From: Planctomycetota bacterium
GTDB lineage: Bacteria; Planctomycetota; UBA8108; JACQVS01
Length of the DNA stretch: 64,000 nucleotides
Direction: 5' to 3'
Assembly: GCA_016209605.1 (NCBI GenBank)
Contig: JACQVS010000106.1
Location: 74,274 to 138,273 of the forward strand
A model generated the notes under the pieces. That model saw only the letters and a program-made list of their open reading frames with translations, did not search any database and was not told the DNA's origin. Of the stretch, positions 8,939 through 18,825 are shown piece after piece. The position numbers and the translations under genes are program-made. Within the stretch, counting starts at the first letter, position 1. Each line of letters starts with the position of its first letter.

Positions 8939-10690
8939 TTAAATTACCTTATCAATGCGGTGGACCAGGCTTTCGCCGCCTTCGGCCTCTTCCACCGAGG
9001 GCGGCGCGGGGGCGGCGGGAGGAACATCCTGATCCGGCCTCCCAGCACGTCCCGAACTCCCTCCGCCCTCGCCGGCCAGGCTCCCGCCCCGCTGCCGGCT
9101 GTCGTCGCTGCCGATCAACTGAACATGAAATTTTTCCATCTCCACGCCTCCAGCCGAAAGGGCCCGCTGGAGCTCCTGATGGCGGGACTGCAGCAGCTCC
9201 CTGACCGGTTTCGACTCCACCTTGAAAGCCAGATCCAGAGCCGAGCCGCGCAGGGTCAGGTGCACGTGCAGCTGCCCCAGATGGGGAGGCCGGAGGAGGA
9301 TCCGCATCTGGCTCTCGCCCTGGCGGATCCGGCTCAGGATCAACTGGCTCACTTGCTGTTCGAAGGAGTCACGGCCGGGGTCCAGGGTGACTTCATCGGC
9401 AGGGGCCTTGGCCGGCGCGGGGGCCCCCGAGGATGCCGGGCGGGGCGGGGCGGGCGATTCCAGAACGACCGCCTCTCCCGCGCCGCGGGAGCCGGCGTAG
9501 CCTCCCTTCGGGTCGCGTCGCGGCAGGGCCTCCGGGATCTCCGGCTGGAGCACCGGCGGCTCCATGGCCTCGCTGGCCGCTGGCGCGGAGGAACTGGACA
9601 GCAAGCCGGCTCCTCCGGTTTTCGAACCCGCCGGGGAGCGCCCTTTCTTTTCCAGCAGCCCGGCCAAAGTTTCCTGGTTCGAGAAGGAGCCTGCGTCCCC
9701 CGAATCCCGGCTGAGATCGAAAGTGTCCTTCCAGGCCAGCTCCTGCCCCGATCCGCCTTCCGGGGAGTTCGAATCGCCCGGCGGCGCCTGGAGGGAGCCG
9801 GGCAGCCAGGAATCCTCCACATTCGAGCTGTCCGCGGAAGAATATACGAGCGCGCCGGGACCGCCACCGTTCCACTCGGCGAGGCTGGAAAGGCTCCAGC
9901 CGGCGCCAGCGGCGGAGGAGGGGGATCCTTCCAGCCAGACCTCCGGAACTCCCGCTCCCTGGGCCCAGGAATTTCGCAGGGGGCTTCCCCCCGGCATGGC
10001 GGCATCCCAACCGTTCAGGCTCAAAAATTCCATCCCGCCGGTTGATGCGGCGGCCTCCATCTCCCGTGCCGGCAATTCCCCGTCTTCGCCGGCCCGCGCC
10101 GATCGTTCATTCCCAGCCTCCGCCTCCACTTCCCGCGGCTCCAGTCGGGCCTGGTCTCCCGTAGCCAGCAGCTCATCCAGCCCCATCGGCCCGCCGGGCC
10201 CGGAGGTCTGCGGCGCCGAAGAAACTTCCCGCTCGCCCGCCCTCGGCTCCACGGCCAGGCTCGCCTCGGACGCATCTCCAGCGGGCTGGCGGCCGCGCCC
10301 CAGCCGAGGCTCCCCTTTTTCACCGCCGCGCCGCGGCCCGGCGGCCGTGGCGGCGCCGGGGCCGGCTTCCGGGTCCTCGGACGCCTTGGCCGGCTCCGGG
10401 CGCTCCCGCGCCGGAAGCCGCCCTTCCTTTTTCAGCTCCTCGGATTTCCTGGAAGAGGCGCGCCGGCCGGCAGAAACGTCCTCCCGGCCGCCCGAGCGGC
10501 CATCGTTCTCCGCCCTCTTCTCTCTACCCGACCGAGGATCCACCTGGGCCTTGTTGAGGCTGGCCAGCAGCTCCGCGAAGCCTTTTCCAGCCGCCTGCGG
10601 CTGGTCGTTCCGCGCCTGAGAAACGGCAGCAGGACGGCCCGGAAGCATTTCAATCCGGGCTGAAGGCGATGGTTGAATCATGGCTTCCAT
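8939..10690 (-). CDS. fliK: Flagellar hook-length control protein FliK
   Basis: 583 aa. Long Pro/Ala/Gly/Ser-rich ruler region plus a C-terminal Flg_hook-type domain (MRILLRPPHLGQLHVHLTLRGSALDLAFKVESKPVRELLQSRHQELQRAL). Located upstream of flgD. Confidence 0.75.
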   Translation of the reverse strand: MEAMIQPSPSARIEMLPGRPAAVSQARNDQPQAAGKGFAELLASLNKAQVDPRSGREKRAENDGRSGGREDVSAGRRASSRKSEELKKEGRLPARERPEPAKASEDPEAGPGAATAAGPRRGGEKGEPRLGRGRQPAGDASEASLAVEPRAGEREVSSAPQTSGPGGPMGLDELLATGDQARLEPREVEAEAGNERSARAGEDGELPAREMEAAASTGGMEFLSLNGWDAAMPGGSPLRNSWAQGAGVPEVWLEGSPSSAAGAGWSLSSLAEWNGGGPGALVYSSADSSNVEDSWLPGSLQAPPGDSNSPEGGSGQELAWKDTFDLSRDSGDAGSFSNQETLAGLLEKKGRSPAGSKTGGAGLLSSSSAPAASEAMEPPVLQPEIPEALPRRDPKGGYAGSRGAGEAVVLESPAPPRPASSGAPAPAKAPADEVTLDPGRDSFEQQVSQLILSRIRQGESQMRILLRPPHLGQLHVHLTLRGSALDLAFKVESKPVRELLQSRHQELQRALSAGGVEMEKFHVQLIGSDDSRQRGGSLAGEGGGSSGRAGRPDQDVPPAAPAPPSVEEAEGGESLVHRIDKVI

Positions 10691-10732
10691 TTCATTTCTT
10701 TCCTTCTGGCTGCCAAACCCTCTCCATTCTTT

Positions 10733-11698
10733 TCAACGCTCCTCGGAAATCCCTTTGCGGGGGGCCTCACCCGCCGCGGCCAGCATCTCGTGGAAGAGCG
10801 ATGACGCTTTGGCCGGATTCTCCTCTTGAATCAGCTTGAAGATCTTCGCCAGCTTGGCACCGTCCGTATCCCTCAAGGCCATCAGGAAGCGCACCTCCAG
10901 GCTGTCGCCGGGCGGGGCGGAGGCGGCGGCGCTGTCGTTCTCCCCGCCGGTTTGAGAAGCGGAGGCGAACAGCCCCGCCAAAACTTCCGCCGGCAGCCCT
11001 TGCAAGGTCCGCAGCCGCTCTTCGATGGCGGCCTGCTCCTGGCCCTTCTGGTTCAAGTGGCCCAGCTCTTGAAGGAGGTCCGAAAACTTCAGCGCGTCCT
11101 CCTCCTGGGCTTCCTTCCCATCCTTGAGAACCTTGCCATCCTTGGACTCCTCCTTCCGGCGGACCACCAGGGCCTCGAACTGTTCCTCGGTGAGCGGCTT
11201 CCAGCCGGGCCTCGACCCCAGGAGCTGGTTGAGGAGGGGGACGATAGAAGCGCGGATGCCTTTCCAGGCCTCGCGGTAGTTGCCGAGCACCTCGTTCTCA
11301 CTGATGATCTTCTCCAGGCCCTCCTTGACATCCTTCGCCAGGATCTCCACCCTCCCGTCCCAGAGGCGGATTTCATCGGCCGTCTTGATGAGTTCGCGCC
11401 GCAAGTCAAGAGCGATGCGGCCCGGCTCCTTGGCCTCCTTGGCGGCTTCGCCCTTCCTTTCCTCCGCGCCCTCCGCCGGCTTCTGAGCCAGGGCCTCGCC
11501 CCGGGCGCTCTCCAGGCGTCCTTCGCCCCCCAACGCCGCCGCGCAAATGGCCTGCGCTCGCGCATGGAGCGGCTTGCCGGTGACTTTCTCCACACCGGCA
11601 TGCAGGAGGAGGGCCGTCACCAGCAGGGCCGCCAGCGCTGCATACAGGAAGCCGAGGACCTTGGCGAGCTTCAGGATCACGGGCAACAACTTTTTCAT
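10733..11698 (-). CDS. Membrane-anchored coiled-coil flagellar protein, YlxF/MotE (MgtE-N-like) candidate
   Basis: N-terminal TM (VLGFLYAALAALLVTALLL), charged coiled-coil middle, and a C-terminal segment (GLPAEVLAGLF...AKLAKIFKLIQEENPAKASSLFHEM) resembling MgtE-N/FliG-like repeats. It occupies the fliJ-X-fliK slot that ylxF holds in Bacillus-type clusters. GGAGTGAGGG RBS is present. Confidence 0.45.
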   Translation of the reverse strand: MKKLLPVILKLAKVLGFLYAALAALLVTALLLHAGVEKVTGKPLHARAQAICAAALGGEGRLESARGEALAQKPAEGAEERKGEAAKEAKEPGRIALDLRRELIKTADEIRLWDGRVEILAKDVKEGLEKIISENEVLGNYREAWKGIRASIVPLLNQLLGSRPGWKPLTEEQFEALVVRRKEESKDGKVLKDGKEAQEEDALKFSDLLQELGHLNQKGQEQAAIEERLRTLQGLPAEVLAGLFASASQTGGENDSAAASAPPGDSLEVRFLMALRDTDGAKLAKIFKLIQEENPAKASSLFHEMLAAAGEAPRKGISEER

Positions 11699-11731
11699 CC
11701 CTCACTCCTTAGTACCGACTTTCTTAAATCT

Positions 11732-11856
11732 TTGTAGGGTGATGCCGGCGCTTTTGTCTCCTGGCGGAGTTGCGCTCGCTCGTCGATACTCCGTCCCGTA
11801 TCGACTCCGCTCGCGCGCCTTGCCAGTAGCCAAAATCGCTCGGCCTGACCCTACAA
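11732..11856. repeat. About 125-nt long imperfect palindrome (REP/MITE-like element or structured RNA) inside the flagellar operon
   Basis: Terminal inverted repeats are ttgtagggtgatgccg (11732-11747) and cggcctgaccctacaa (11841-11856), matching 14/16. Pairing continues inward (ggcgcttttg / caaaatcgct, ctggc / gccag, gtcgata / tatcgac) to a centre near 11793. Confidence 0.55.
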
Positions 11857-12009
11857 TCTTTTGCGAAAGGCGGTACTTAGATTCTTTCATCAAATCTTCT
11901 TCGCAGGCTGCAGAGAAGTCTTGGTATACTAGGACCGCTCTTTCATTCGCCTTGCGTCTTATCTTGGCGTTCTTTGCGTCTTGGCGGTTCAATCCTCTTC
12001 ATCTTTTTC

Positions 12010-12495
12010 TTATTCAGTCTCGACCTTTGGTTGCGGCCCCGGCCGCCTCATTCCGTTCTGGAAATAAATTTCGCCGATCTCATCGAGGTCGCGGGCCTCG
12101 CGCCGCGTTTCTTCCATCAAGAACTCGCGGCGCCGTCGATCCTTGAGCTTCTCGACCGCCCGCCGCTTTATCCGCGCCTGCCGGAAGACCGCCCGGACCT
12201 CCTCGAAAGCCTTGCGCAGCCTGGCCACCTCCTCTCTCTTGGCGACCATCTGCTGGTAAAGCACGTTGATGTACCGGCGCTGGCGGAGCATTTCCTCGAC
12301 CTCGATGGCCAGCACGCCGGCGCTGGCGGCGCGGCACCGGTCCTTGACTTGCTCGCGGATGCAGGTCAGTTCCATCAGCTCTCCTTCCTTCTGCCGGAGG
12401 GACTTGAGCGCCATGAAGAAATGGCGCTTGGCCCTTTCCTCTTCGATCGCTCGAACTCGAAGGAGGGCCGCCAACTCGAATTTGAACCTGGCCAT
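12010..12495 (-). CDS. fliJ: Flagellar export chaperone/stalk protein FliJ
   Basis: 161-aa all-helical charged protein (MARFKFELAALLRVRAIEEERAKR...) immediately downstream of fliI. Confidence 0.75.
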   Translation of the reverse strand: MARFKFELAALLRVRAIEEERAKRHFFMALKSLRQKEGELMELTCIREQVKDRCRAASAGVLAIEVEEMLRQRRYINVLYQQMVAKREEVARLRKAFEEVRAVFRQARIKRRAVEKLKDRRRREFLMEETRREARDLDEIGEIYFQNGMRRPGPQPKVETE

Positions 12496-12592
12496 GGGGC
12501 TCTTTCTCCGCTCCCCGGCTCGTGTTCCGGTCCACTCTTCTCGAGCCGGTTATGGATTTTGAAAAAATACTCTTCCATCTCCATTTCTCTGA

Positions 12593-14104
12593 TCACGGCC
12601 GTTTGCCTCCAGCCAGGCGCGCCGCCACCACCCTGGCCACCGGCTTATCAACCGCCTTGGCCTTGGGCCGGACGCTCTCCTTGAGGCCATGAACCGTGTG
12701 CTCGAAGCTCGAGACCTCGAGGCGGTCCTGCCGCAGGAGCTTTTCGATGGCCGGCATCGCCTGCACCGCTTCATCGACCTTCGGATCGGTTCCCGGGGTG
12801 TAAGCCCCCAGCTGCAGGAGGTCCTCCACCTCGCGGTACTTCGAAATCAAGAATATGGCCTTGCGGGCCGCCTCGTAGTGGTCCGGCTGGGCGACGTCGC
12901 TCATCGAGCGGCTGATGCTGAGGAGCGGATCGACCGCAGGAAAGAAGGAGCGGCCGGCCATCTCCCGCGACAGCCAGAGATGGCCATCGAGGATGCCGCG
13001 CACCGCATCGCCGACCGGATCGTGGATGTCGTCGCCCTCCACCAGGACGCTGTAGAAGGCGGTGATGCTCCCATCCACCCCCGGACCGGAGCGCTCGAGA
13101 AGCTTCGGGAGCATGGCGAAGACCGACGGGGGATACCCTCGAGTGGCTGGAGGCTCCCCCGCCGACAAGCCGATTTCCCGCTGCGCCATGGCGACGCGGG
13201 TGATGGAGTCGAGGAGCAGGATGACCTCCAGGCCGAGGTCGCGGAAGAACTCCGCGATGGCCGTGGCAATGAAGGCCGCCTGCAGCCGGCGCAAAGCCGG
13301 CTCATCGCTCGTGGCCACCACCAGGACCGACCGCCGCAGGCCCTCGGGGCCCAGGTCCCTCTCGACGAATTCCCGCACCTCGCGGCCGCGCTCGCCGATC
13401 AAGGCGATGACCGAGACGGGGGCGTAAGCGTTGCGAGCGATCATCGCCAGCAGGGTGCTCTTGCCGACGCCGCTTCCGGAGAAAATTCCCAGGCGCTGCC
13501 CTCGGCCGACCGTGAACAAGCTGTCGATCACCCGGATGCCGGTGGGCAGCGGGCGCTCGATGCGCCGACGGTGCATGGGATTGATCGACGATCCGTGAAT
13601 CGGCATGCGCCGAGAGCCTCGAGGGATGAGCGCCGCGGCACCGCCGCGGCGGTAGTTCTGCCTCTCCGCCGGCGTCGAGTACCGCTCGTCGATGGGCTGT
13701 CCGCTGGAGCTGAGGATGCGGCCGATCATGTCCGTGCTCACCTTGACGCGGGGCACATCGCCGCAGAAGTAAATGCGGTCGCCGGCGGCGACGCCGCGGA
13801 TGTCTCCGTAAGGGACGATGATGGCGTTCTCTTCCCGGAAGCCGACCACCTCCGCGGTGATCCGGTTTCCCCGGCGCCCGATGATCTCGCACTGGGCGCC
13901 GATGGGGGCCGCCAGGCCGTGGCTTTCGGCGATCATGCCGACGACTTGCGTGATGCGTCCGGAGATCTTCGCGGGCAACAGTTCCCCGAGGATCTCGATC
14001 TCGCGGTGGAAGAATCCGGGATCGGATCCGCCGGCGGCTCCGGCGGCATTCGCTTCCTCGGCCGGTTTGACCGCATCGACTCGATCGGCAACGAGCGCCT
14101 TCAT
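12593..14104 (-). CDS. fliI: Flagellum-specific ATPase FliI
   Basis: Walker A GSGVGKSTLL, Walker B (VILLLDSITR) and an F1-ATPase-like fold. 4-nt overlap with fliH. Confidence 0.95.
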   Translation of the reverse strand: MKALVADRVDAVKPAEEANAAGAAGGSDPGFFHREIEILGELLPAKISGRITQVVGMIAESHGLAAPIGAQCEIIGRRGNRITAEVVGFREENAIIVPYGDIRGVAAGDRIYFCGDVPRVKVSTDMIGRILSSSGQPIDERYSTPAERQNYRRGGAAALIPRGSRRMPIHGSSINPMHRRRIERPLPTGIRVIDSLFTVGRGQRLGIFSGSGVGKSTLLAMIARNAYAPVSVIALIGERGREVREFVERDLGPEGLRRSVLVVATSDEPALRRLQAAFIATAIAEFFRDLGLEVILLLDSITRVAMAQREIGLSAGEPPATRGYPPSVFAMLPKLLERSGPGVDGSITAFYSVLVEGDDIHDPVGDAVRGILDGHLWLSREMAGRSFFPAVDPLLSISRSMSDVAQPDHYEAARKAIFLISKYREVEDLLQLGAYTPGTDPKVDEAVQAMPAIEKLLRQDRLEVSSFEHTVHGLKESVRPKAKAVDKPVARVVAARLAGGKRP

Positions 14105-15009
14105 GACCCCACCTCCGCCGGAGCGGCCAGGATCTCCTCGCCTTGAACCGCCTCCTCGAGAGCCTTCTGGATGATCTCAAACTGGGCCTGCAGCGAGAGG
14201 TCCACCTGCCCCGAGCCGGACAGGATCCGGCATCCTCCCCGGCTGAGCTCGCCGGCCTCCTGCAGCTCGAAGTCCTCGAAGCTCCCCAGGAACTCGAAGA
14301 CCTGGCTGGCGTGCTTGCGGATCACCGGGACATCCTCGGGGTGGAGCTGGATGATGATCTTGTTGCGCGCGAAGACCATCTCGATGGCGCGGCGGACGTT
14401 GTCGATGACCAGCGCGCTCGAATTCCGGATCTCCCGCTGGACGATCTTCCTGGCGACCTCCACGGCCAGGCGGATCAGATCGCGCCGCGCCGCCTGGAGC
14501 AGCTCGCCGCGCTGGGCCGAGAGAGACGCCGCCAGAGACCGGATCGCCTCCACCAGCCCGCCGGTTTCCGCCTGGAGGCGCTTCGTTTCATCATCCCGGG
14601 CCTCTCGATAACCCTGGTCGCGCCCGTCCCGGTAGCCTTCCTCAAAGCCCTTGCGGAAGCCTTCCTCCTGTCCGTTCTTCGCGCCCGCGGCGAAGCCGGC
14701 TTGTTCTCCCTGAGCGAAACCGGCGGCCCTGGCCTCCTCGATCTCCTGGTCAAGAGCTCGGCGGCGATTGTCCAGGTCCGCCTCCGCGCTCCGGTAAAGA
14801 GCCTTGATCTCCTCCCCAGCCGCCTGGCGCTTCTCCGAAATCTCCGCCTCGACCGAATGCTTCCGGTCCTCCGCCTCGCGCACGGAAGAGCGCGCCTCGT
14901 CGAGGATCCCCTGGCTGAGGGCGCGGAACTGCTCCATGGTGACTTCCACAGGTCCGGTCGCCACCTTGCCGCTGCTCCCCCTGGGGCGGATGATCCGGAA
15001 GCTAGACAA
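14101..15009 (-). CDS. fliH: Flagellar assembly protein FliH
   Basis: 302 aa. Charged coiled-coil N-terminal half and a FliH-type C-terminal domain. Located between fliG and fliI with overlapping ends. Confidence 0.8.
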   Translation of the reverse strand: MSSFRIIRPRGSSGKVATGPVEVTMEQFRALSQGILDEARSSVREAEDRKHSVEAEISEKRQAAGEEIKALYRSAEADLDNRRRALDQEIEEARAAGFAQGEQAGFAAGAKNGQEEGFRKGFEEGYRDGRDQGYREARDDETKRLQAETGGLVEAIRSLAASLSAQRGELLQAARRDLIRLAVEVARKIVQREIRNSSALVIDNVRRAIEMVFARNKIIIQLHPEDVPVIRKHASQVFEFLGSFEDFELQEAGELSRGGCRILSGSGQVDLSLQAQFEIIQKALEEAVQGEEILAAPAEVGS

Positions 15010-16138
15010 TGGTGGCTCCTTCCTCGCCGCGCCCCTGGATGATCACTTCTCCGGCCTCCTCCAGGCGGCGGACCACATCGACGATCGCCTGCTGCGCCGC
15101 CTGCACGTCCACCAGGCGGACCGGCCCGAGGAAGGACATCTCCTCCTTGAGCCCTTCGGCGGCGCGCTGGGACATGTTCTTGAAGATCTTCTCCTGCAGC
15201 TCCTTGGAGGACCCCTTGAGCGCCATGGCGAGCTGCTTGTTGTCCAGCTCTTTGAGGACGTTCTGGATGCCGCGCTCGTCGACGAGCAGAATGTCCTCGA
15301 AGACGAACATCAGCTTCTTGATCTGATCGGAGAGCTTCGGATTCTCCGCATTGATGTTTTCCATGATGGACTTCTCGACCGTCCGGTCGATGACGTTCAT
15401 CATCTCGGCGACCGTCTTGACGCCGCCCACCTTCTTGTACTCCTCGAAGGACAGCGTCGAGATGTACTTGCGCAGCCCTTTCTCCACCTGCTCGATGGCT
15501 TCCGGGCTGGTCTGATCGAGCGTGGCGATGCGCTTGACGATTTCGGCCTGCTGCTCCGCCGGCAGCTTCACGAGAAGCTTGGCGGCCTTGACCGGCTCCA
15601 TGTAGGAGAGCACGAGGGAGATGGTCTGGGAGTGCTCCTCCTTCAAGAACGGGAGCAGGGTGTCGATCTCGACGTTCTTCAGGAAGGCGAAGGGGATCTC
15701 GATCTGCTCCTCCGAGAGCAGCTTCATGAGGCGGTTGGCGGTGTCCGACGGAAAGGACTTCTTGAGCAGGTTGAAGGCCTGCTCCTTGCCGCCCTCGCGG
15801 ATGAAATTGGAGACGTTGAAGAGGCGCTGAAACTCGTGCAGCACCGAGGCGATCTGCTTCTTGTCCACCATCCCCAGGCGCATGATTTCCTTGCTCAAGA
15901 CCTTGGCTTCCTTGTCAGAAAGCCTCTTGAAGACTTCCGCCGCCACCTCTTCGTTCAATGTGATCATCAGGACGGCCGCCTTGCGGAGCCCCTCCTCGAG
16001 CTTGGGCCCCCACAGCGCCCCCTCTGCCGAAGGATCCTTCCCCTCGGGAGGAGCTCCCGCCCCCGCCGCCGGGTCGGCGTTCACCGCCGGCATGGCGCTG
16101 GTCGTTTCTGCTGGGTTGGTCTTGGTCGCTGGTGCCAT
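15002..16138 (-). CDS. fliG: Flagellar motor switch protein FliG
   Basis: Conserved FliG motifs (KAAVLMITLNEEVAAEVFKRLSDKE; MFVFEDILLVDERGIQNVLKELDNKQLAMALKG; LGPVRLVDVQAAQQAIVDVVRRLEEAGEV). Confidence 0.95.
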   Translation of the reverse strand: MAPATKTNPAETTSAMPAVNADPAAGAGAPPEGKDPSAEGALWGPKLEEGLRKAAVLMITLNEEVAAEVFKRLSDKEAKVLSKEIMRLGMVDKKQIASVLHEFQRLFNVSNFIREGGKEQAFNLLKKSFPSDTANRLMKLLSEEQIEIPFAFLKNVEIDTLLPFLKEEHSQTISLVLSYMEPVKAAKLLVKLPAEQQAEIVKRIATLDQTSPEAIEQVEKGLRKYISTLSFEEYKKVGGVKTVAEMMNVIDRTVEKSIMENINAENPKLSDQIKKLMFVFEDILLVDERGIQNVLKELDNKQLAMALKGSSKELQEKIFKNMSQRAAEGLKEEMSFLGPVRLVDVQAAQQAIVDVVRRLEEAGEVIIQGRGEEGATIV

Positions 16139-16151
16139 GTTAGATCATTCC

Positions 16152-17951
16152 TCAAGGGTTTTCATTCGAGGTGACTTCGGTCATCCAGGTCCGCAGAACC
16201 GAAGCGACGTTGTCCGGCTTTTCCTTGGAGAGGCTGTTGGCCTGGATGACGTTTTCAAGCATGACGTTGGCGGAGGTGTCGACCTTGCCCGCCTGATCGC
16301 CGTCGGTCTTGAGCTGAGTCACGACGTTTTCCACTTCCTTCTTGATCTGCTCCACCCGATCGCGCCCGAGCTTGTCCTCCTCGATCAAGATGCGCTCCTC
16401 GAGGGTGGGGATCTCCAGCGGCGCGGGCAGCGAGCGCTTCATGAGCCCCACCACCGCCAGAAGTCCGAGAATCGCCAGGATGCCCAGAGACACATCCTTC
16501 CAGTAATCCGAGACCCAGCCGGCGGCCCGTTCGGTGAAGGCGATGGCCGGCGGCGGCTCCGGCCGGGGGAACATCACCGCCGAGACCTGAACCTTGGCCT
16601 TGACCTTCTCAGCCGAGACCGGGAGCTGGCCCTCGATGAACTTCTTCTGATCTTCGAGGTACTTTTGAATGGCCTTGTCGAGCGGCACCTTGGCGGTTTT
16701 CTTGGGATCGCTTTCATCGGGAATGGTGAACTGGTTGATGTCCTGCACTTTCGCCTTCTCCGCCTCTTCCGGCGTCAGGCGGGTGACCTCCTCCTCCTGG
16801 AGGATGCGGCGGACCGCGGCCCGGTCGACCACCAGGTTCACCGACAGCCCCTTGACCTCCCCCGGCGGGATGACGGTCTTCACGGCCTTCTTGGAGAACT
16901 GGTTCTCGAAGGTGTTCTCCTTCTTGTCGCGGCTCTCGCGCTCGAGGGACGCGGCCGCCGCCGCTGCCGGCGGAGCGCCGATCGCCCCCGTGGGGCCGAT
17001 GTTGGCCCCGACCCCCGGCGCCAGACCGGGGTTGCGGACGGCGTTCTCGGTGACGGAGCTGGCCGTCTTTTTCGCCGACGCCACCTTTTCCGGATCGTAG
17101 AATTCATCAAGGACTTCCGAGGCTTCGCGGGAGACCTCGGCCAGCACGCCGACCACGAACTCCGTCGGCCTGAAGATGCGGGCGTAAATTCCCTCGATGG
17201 TCTTCAAGATGCGGTCCTGGGTGCGGTCTTCATCCTCGGTGTGGGCGCCGCCGGCGGTCGAATCGAGATGAGGGTAGTTGTTGAGGTTGTCGTCGGTGAT
17301 CTGGATGTTCTGCTTGAGGATGTTGAAGGCGCCGCTCACCAGGGTGCGGATGGTGTTGGCCTCCTTGTTGCTCAGCTTCTGGACCCCGGGCTTGAGGTAG
17401 AGGGCCACGGAGGCGGTGTCCGCGGCGTTGGTCTGCCGGGCGTAAATCGGCTCCGGCCCGCGCTGGGGAATGATGCGCGCATCGCGGATGCTGGCGCTCC
17501 AGCGGATGGTGTCCTCCACGGTGCGCTTGCGCGACTCGAGCAGGCGCTGGTTGAGGCGCGAGTCGGTGTCGATGATGCTCGGGTCGCCGAAGAGCCAGTC
17601 GAGATGGGAGTCCTTGGCGGTGAAGACGCCGCTTTGCACCGCCAGCCAGCGGGCGCGGGCCGCCTGGCTGCGAGGAACCTCGATCCGGGTGACCTCGTTG
17701 GTGCCGGTCACCTGATAGGGGATTTGATGCTCATCGAGAATGGTCTTGAGCGAACTCATGTCCTTCAAGTCGGGCGGCGTGCTCAGGGTCACGAAGTCGC
17801 TGGAGCGGCTCATGAAGATCACCAGCGTCATGGCCATGGCGACGATGACCGCGAGGAGAAGGATGCTGATCTTCTGGGACAGGGAGATCTTCCCCAGCAG
17901 GCTGCGAATCTCCCCGGCGAACCGTTCCCACTGCTTCATCAAGAAATCCAT
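16152..17951 (-). CDS. fliF: Flagellar MS-ring protein FliF
   Basis: 599 aa. N-terminal TM, YscJ/FliF ring domains and a C-terminal TM. Located between fliE and fliG. Confidence 0.9.
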   Translation of the reverse strand: MDFLMKQWERFAGEIRSLLGKISLSQKISILLLAVIVAMAMTLVIFMSRSSDFVTLSTPPDLKDMSSLKTILDEHQIPYQVTGTNEVTRIEVPRSQAARARWLAVQSGVFTAKDSHLDWLFGDPSIIDTDSRLNQRLLESRKRTVEDTIRWSASIRDARIIPQRGPEPIYARQTNAADTASVALYLKPGVQKLSNKEANTIRTLVSGAFNILKQNIQITDDNLNNYPHLDSTAGGAHTEDEDRTQDRILKTIEGIYARIFRPTEFVVGVLAEVSREASEVLDEFYDPEKVASAKKTASSVTENAVRNPGLAPGVGANIGPTGAIGAPPAAAAAASLERESRDKKENTFENQFSKKAVKTVIPPGEVKGLSVNLVVDRAAVRRILQEEEVTRLTPEEAEKAKVQDINQFTIPDESDPKKTAKVPLDKAIQKYLEDQKKFIEGQLPVSAEKVKAKVQVSAVMFPRPEPPPAIAFTERAAGWVSDYWKDVSLGILAILGLLAVVGLMKRSLPAPLEIPTLEERILIEEDKLGRDRVEQIKKEVENVVTQLKTDGDQAGKVDTSANVMLENVIQANSLSKEKPDNVASVLRTWMTEVTSNENP

Positions 17952-17996
17952 TGCAGGTCCTTTTCTAACGCTCTCTCAATTCCCTTCCAGCGCCGG

Positions 17997-18311
17997 TCAG
18001 ATCCTCAACCGCATCAGCTCCTCGTAGGCGTCCACCAGCTTGTTACGCACCTGCATGAGCATGCGGAAGGCGAGGTCCGCCTTCTCCACGGCGGTCATCA
18101 CCTCGGCGACGCTGTCGGCGTCGCCCGCGGCGGCGCTCTTGATGGCCTCCTCCGCGTCATGCTGAAGGCGGTCCACTTTTTTGATGCTCTCGCGGAGGAT
18201 TTGATCGAAGCCGGCCGCCTTCTCCTTGGCCGGCTCGGGCGAGGCTCCCTTGGCCGGCCCGCCGGCCGGCTGGACTCCAAATCCTCCAATCGGTATCGTG
18301 CTGTCCACCAC
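17997..18311 (-). CDS. fliE: Flagellar hook-basal body protein FliE
   Basis: 104 aa with the C-terminal FliE motif (VAEVMTAVEKADLAFRMLMQVRNKLVDAYEELMRLRI). Confidence 0.85.
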   Translation of the reverse strand: MVDSTIPIGGFGVQPAGGPAKGASPEPAKEKAAGFDQILRESIKKVDRLQHDAEEAIKSAAAGDADSVAEVMTAVEKADLAFRMLMQVRNKLVDAYEELMRLRI

Positions 18312-18334
18312 GGCAAATCACTCCTTCTCAGGCC

Positions 18335-18760
18335 TCAGGCGATGATCCGGGAAACGGCGCTGGACATGGCCTTCGTGACTTCCATGGCCGTGAGGTTGGC
18401 CTCGTAAGCCCGCGAGGCCATCATCATGTCCACCATTTCCTGGATGACGTTGATCCGCGGCATGAGGACCTCTCCGAAGTGCGGGCTCCTGGGGTCCTTG
18501 ACCGCATCGGGATGGTCGGGCTGATGCGCCCAGCGGTAAGGGTTGGCCGACTCCTGGATCCCCGCCACCCTCACGCCGCCGCTCCTCCGGGGGTCTTCCT
18601 CCTGGGGCGCGAAGAGGACCTCCAGCCGGCGGTAAGGGCTGGGGCGGCCCGAGGCGTCGCGGGTGGTCTGGGCGTTGGCGAGGTTCGAGGCGATGATGTT
18701 CATGCGCAGCCGCTGCGCCGAAAGCGCCGAAGCGCTGATTTCCAAGGGATGCATGCTCAA
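18335..18760 (-). CDS. flgC: Flagellar basal-body rod protein FlgC
   Basis: 141 aa. SASALSAQRLRMNIIASNLANAQTT plus C-terminal VNVIQEMVDMMMASRAYEANL. Confidence 0.95.
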   Translation of the reverse strand: MSMHPLEISASALSAQRLRMNIIASNLANAQTTRDASGRPSPYRRLEVLFAPQEEDPRRSGGVRVAGIQESANPYRWAHQPDHPDAVKDPRSPHFGEVLMPRINVIQEMVDMMMASRAYEANLTAMEVTKAMSSAVSRIIA

Positions 18761-18825
18761 CTCCTTTTCTCTGCTTCTCTCACGGGCTCTCTCTCTTCAC
18801 TTATCAGCGTTTCCTCGGCGGCCTC

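Noticed and set aside
11702-11992. 96-aa basic ORF (MNRQDAKNAKIRRK...) in the fliJ / ylxF-like gap.
   Set aside because: It is read straight across the long palindrome and the degenerate decamer repeats. Its composition looks like translated repeat DNA rather than a protein. It is kept as part of the repeat-island finding instead.
11983-11995. tRNA-like T-loop string GGTTCAATCC.
   Set aside because: The flanking bases cannot form a T-stem (ggcgg versus ctctt), and no acceptor or anticodon arms are evident.
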